The notes under the pieces are model-generated. The model was not told the DNA's origin, did no database searches, and saw only the letters and a list, made by a program, of their open reading frames with translations. A DNA stretch of 63,970 bases, filler included, from Octopus bimaculoides (taxonomy: Eukaryota): the NCBI RefSeq assembly GCF_001194135.2. It is 7 parts of 6 records of this genome, joined end to end, with 100 filler letters (N's around TTAATTAATTAA, not from the genome) between each part and the next. Parts side by side here need not be neighbours in the genome. Positions count along the whole stretch, not along the records: positions 55,575 to 62,778 come from NC_069006.1; positions 62,879 to 63,970 come from NW_026347701.1; 5 more parts are not named here. One strand, 5' to 3'. Position numbers and translations under genes: made by a program. Shown piece after piece: positions 61,764-63,970 of the stretch; positions within the stretch are counted from its first letter, which is position 1, and every line of letters begins with the position of its first letter.

Positions 61764-62568
61764 TATTTTTTTAAAGAAAAAAATTACAATTAAACAAAAA
61801 AACCTAATTACATAAACCATTACAAAGTTTAATTTTATCAGTTTTTTTTTATTGCTTTCAACAGAATTTTGTTTAGTTTTTGTTACATAAGATAAATGGC
61901 TTAAATTATGACATGTGATGTGTTTAGGGTTGTTGTTGCTGTAATCATCTGTGACACAATTATCTGAGAGGTTAAGGGGTAGGGAAGGAAAAAAAAAACA
62001 ATTCAAATGAGATATAACAAACAAAAATGAAATTATTGATAAAAGCATCTTTTGTGATATTCTAAAAATTACCAGAGGTCCATTGATATGTGTTATCTGA
62101 AATGGTGATGATGATGATAATGATAACAGTAAGGAATGTGGTGGTGGAGGTGGTGAAGATAAAGAGGCAATTGATGATGATGATGATGACAATGATGATG
62201 ATGATGATGTAATCCTCGGTTATGTGCAAAGGAATGCAAGCTACTGAGGCAAATGACATGCACAGCTTCCAAAAATGCCACACCTCAAAAGATTATATCC
62301 TATGGTATATTATGCCATTCTGTGAGGTTTGGGCACAAAGTAATGACAATAAAAGTGGGTCTTGCTGTTATCCAGACCCTCTCTATTGAAGTGGTCGGGA
62401 GAAGGATCAAAGTTTCTACTGATAAAAAGAACAAAGAAGAAGAACCAATCTGAAACAATCACCTTAAGACAACCACATTTCTTCAACATTTATTAAAAGT
62501 GCATCACAAACTAGCAGAGATTTTACACACACGTATATCTATTACATAATATATATATATATATATAT

Positions 62569-62650
62569 ATTAATATATAGTATTAGGCAAAAGAACCAAG
62601 GTCTATGAACTTATAGACCTTGGTTCTTTTCCCTAATACTATATATTAAT
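62569..62650. repeat. Near-perfect palindrome, 38-bp arms, 6-nt loop
   Basis: attaatatatagtattaggcaaaagaaccaaggtctat-gaactt-atagaccttggttcttttccctaatactatatattaat; one C.C mismatch. Confidence 0.9.
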
Positions 62651-62740
62651 ATGTTTTATACTGTGAAATTTAATTTAATTTTAATTTTTAATAAATTGAT
62701 TTTAATTGAGTTTTTACCTGGATTTTATCCCTAATATTAT

Positions 62741-62771
<31 letters not shown>

Positions 62772-63097
62772 GATACAANNNNNNNNNNNNNNNNNNNNNN
62801 NNNNNNNNNNNNNNNNNNNNNNTTAATTAATTAANNNNNNNNNNNNNNNNNNNNNNNNNNNNNNNNNNNNNNNNNNNNAATTTATGTTCCTAACACTAGC
62901 TTAATGATAACTATGTTATTTTACTAAACTCTTTGTTATATTTAAAATTAATTGAAACACAGAGCGTCTCAACAGAAATATGGTAACAAAAGAGTTAAAA
63001 TATTTAAAATTAATTGAAAGAAACAAAGAGCATCTCAACTGTAATATGGTAACAAAAGGATGAATGATTTTACATAGAATAATAATAAAAATATTAC

Positions 63098-63231
63098 CTC
63101 TAAATTAAATAAATCAGGAAACTCTAGTCTTAACTGCATCCAATCTTTGGGAGGTTTCTGAGATGAAGGGGAAGTCGACAAATGAAGAAGCTTCTGTCGT
63201 GACAATTTGCATTTCAGTTTTTCTTGGGAAG
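63098..63231 (-). CDS. Candidate exon (phase 1 to 0): SQEKLKCKLSRQKLLHLSTSPSSQKPPKDWMQLRLEFPDLFNLE
   Basis: Acceptor ttctgtttcaaattttgtag, donor GAG|gtaata, 134 nt open frame, no TE motif recognised. Confidence 0.6.
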
Positions 63232-63970
63232 CTACAAAATTTGAAACAGAATTTTGAGAACATTCAGAAAAAATACCCAAGCATGAAATCCAAATTCTAT
63301 CCATAAAAGTGGGGATTATCCCTGTCTATGTGTGTGACGGAGGGTGTAATGCATTTCAATGTAAGTTATTCTAGATTTCTTATTCTTTTACTCGTTTCAG
63401 TCATTAGACTGTGGCCATGCTGGGGCACCACCTTGAACAATTTTTAGTTGAATGAATTAACCCCAGTACTTTTAAAACCTGGTACTGATTTTCAATTAGA
63501 CTGTAGAAGTTCACAACAAAATAGGATTGAGAGAGAGAGATAATTTCGTCCAGCGCTCTACCGATTGTATCAATCAACCGCACATGTAACAATAAATGAT
63601 ATTAACAGTACTACAACTTTACCTTTCATCCTTTCGGATGATAAATTAAGTACCAGCTGCGTACTGGATCTAATCAACTGGGACCCCTTCCCAAAAATTT
63701 CGGGCCTTGTACCTAGAGTAGACAAGGATATTTAACAGTACTGAAGAAAAGCAAGGTACATAACTCTTACAATATTACAATTACGCCCCTTGCAACTATT
63801 CCTCATAAAGTCAGAGTAAACCAACAGCGACTTTTAGAAACAACGGGATCCGTTTGTTCACCGTGAAGTAGAAATGGGACACTTCATACAGAAGTCTTCC
63901 ACTCAAAAACAGATTTCTCTTCTCCTCTTTTACAGCAAATTAATTTGTAGTCTCTTTTGTGCGAACTTCT

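Noticed and set aside
1-63970. CRISPR arrays, rRNA, operons, known microRNA hairpins
   Set aside because: Eukaryotic repeat-rich DNA with no repeat-spacer array or rRNA-like sequence; no match to the conserved bilaterian miRNAs I could recall (not an exhaustive search).

Overview
AT-rich, microsatellite-dense eukaryotic genomic DNA. The SINE/RTE/Penelope repeat content looks like a coleoid cephalopod, probably Octopus (recognition from memory, not a database result). The window is not one contig: six identical 100-nt linkers (44 N + TTAATTAATTAA + 44 N) join seven blocks (1-18435, 18536-20999, 21100-36930, 37031-52968, 53069-55474, 55575-62778, 62879-63970), and there are many other N gaps. 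All long ORFs in the track that contain X runs or dinucleotide-repeat translations are artefacts. Most recognisable sequence is dead mobile DNA: two hAT transposase remnants, hAT MITEs, RTE-clade LINEs, Penelope-like elements (RT and GIY-YIG), two restriction-like-endonuclease retroelement remnants (HERO-like and R4/Dong-like), two related solo LTRs, and over 20 tRNA-derived SINE copies. Manual splice-site reading suggests a minus-strand gene of small exons in block 1 (product not recognised) and isolated candidate exons in other blocks; none are in the ORF track as such. The most interesting items are a minimal type I hammerhead ribozyme motif (42498-42540), a solo-LTR family ending TG...AA with a covarying 3' hairpin, a Penelope deletion filled with DNA apparently copied from a nearby SINE, a tandemly duplicated exon, and several fold-back palindromes. 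I found no clear evidence of a wholly new multi-gene system. Exon, TIR, TSD and palindrome coordinates were counted by hand; other repeat boundaries are approximate.
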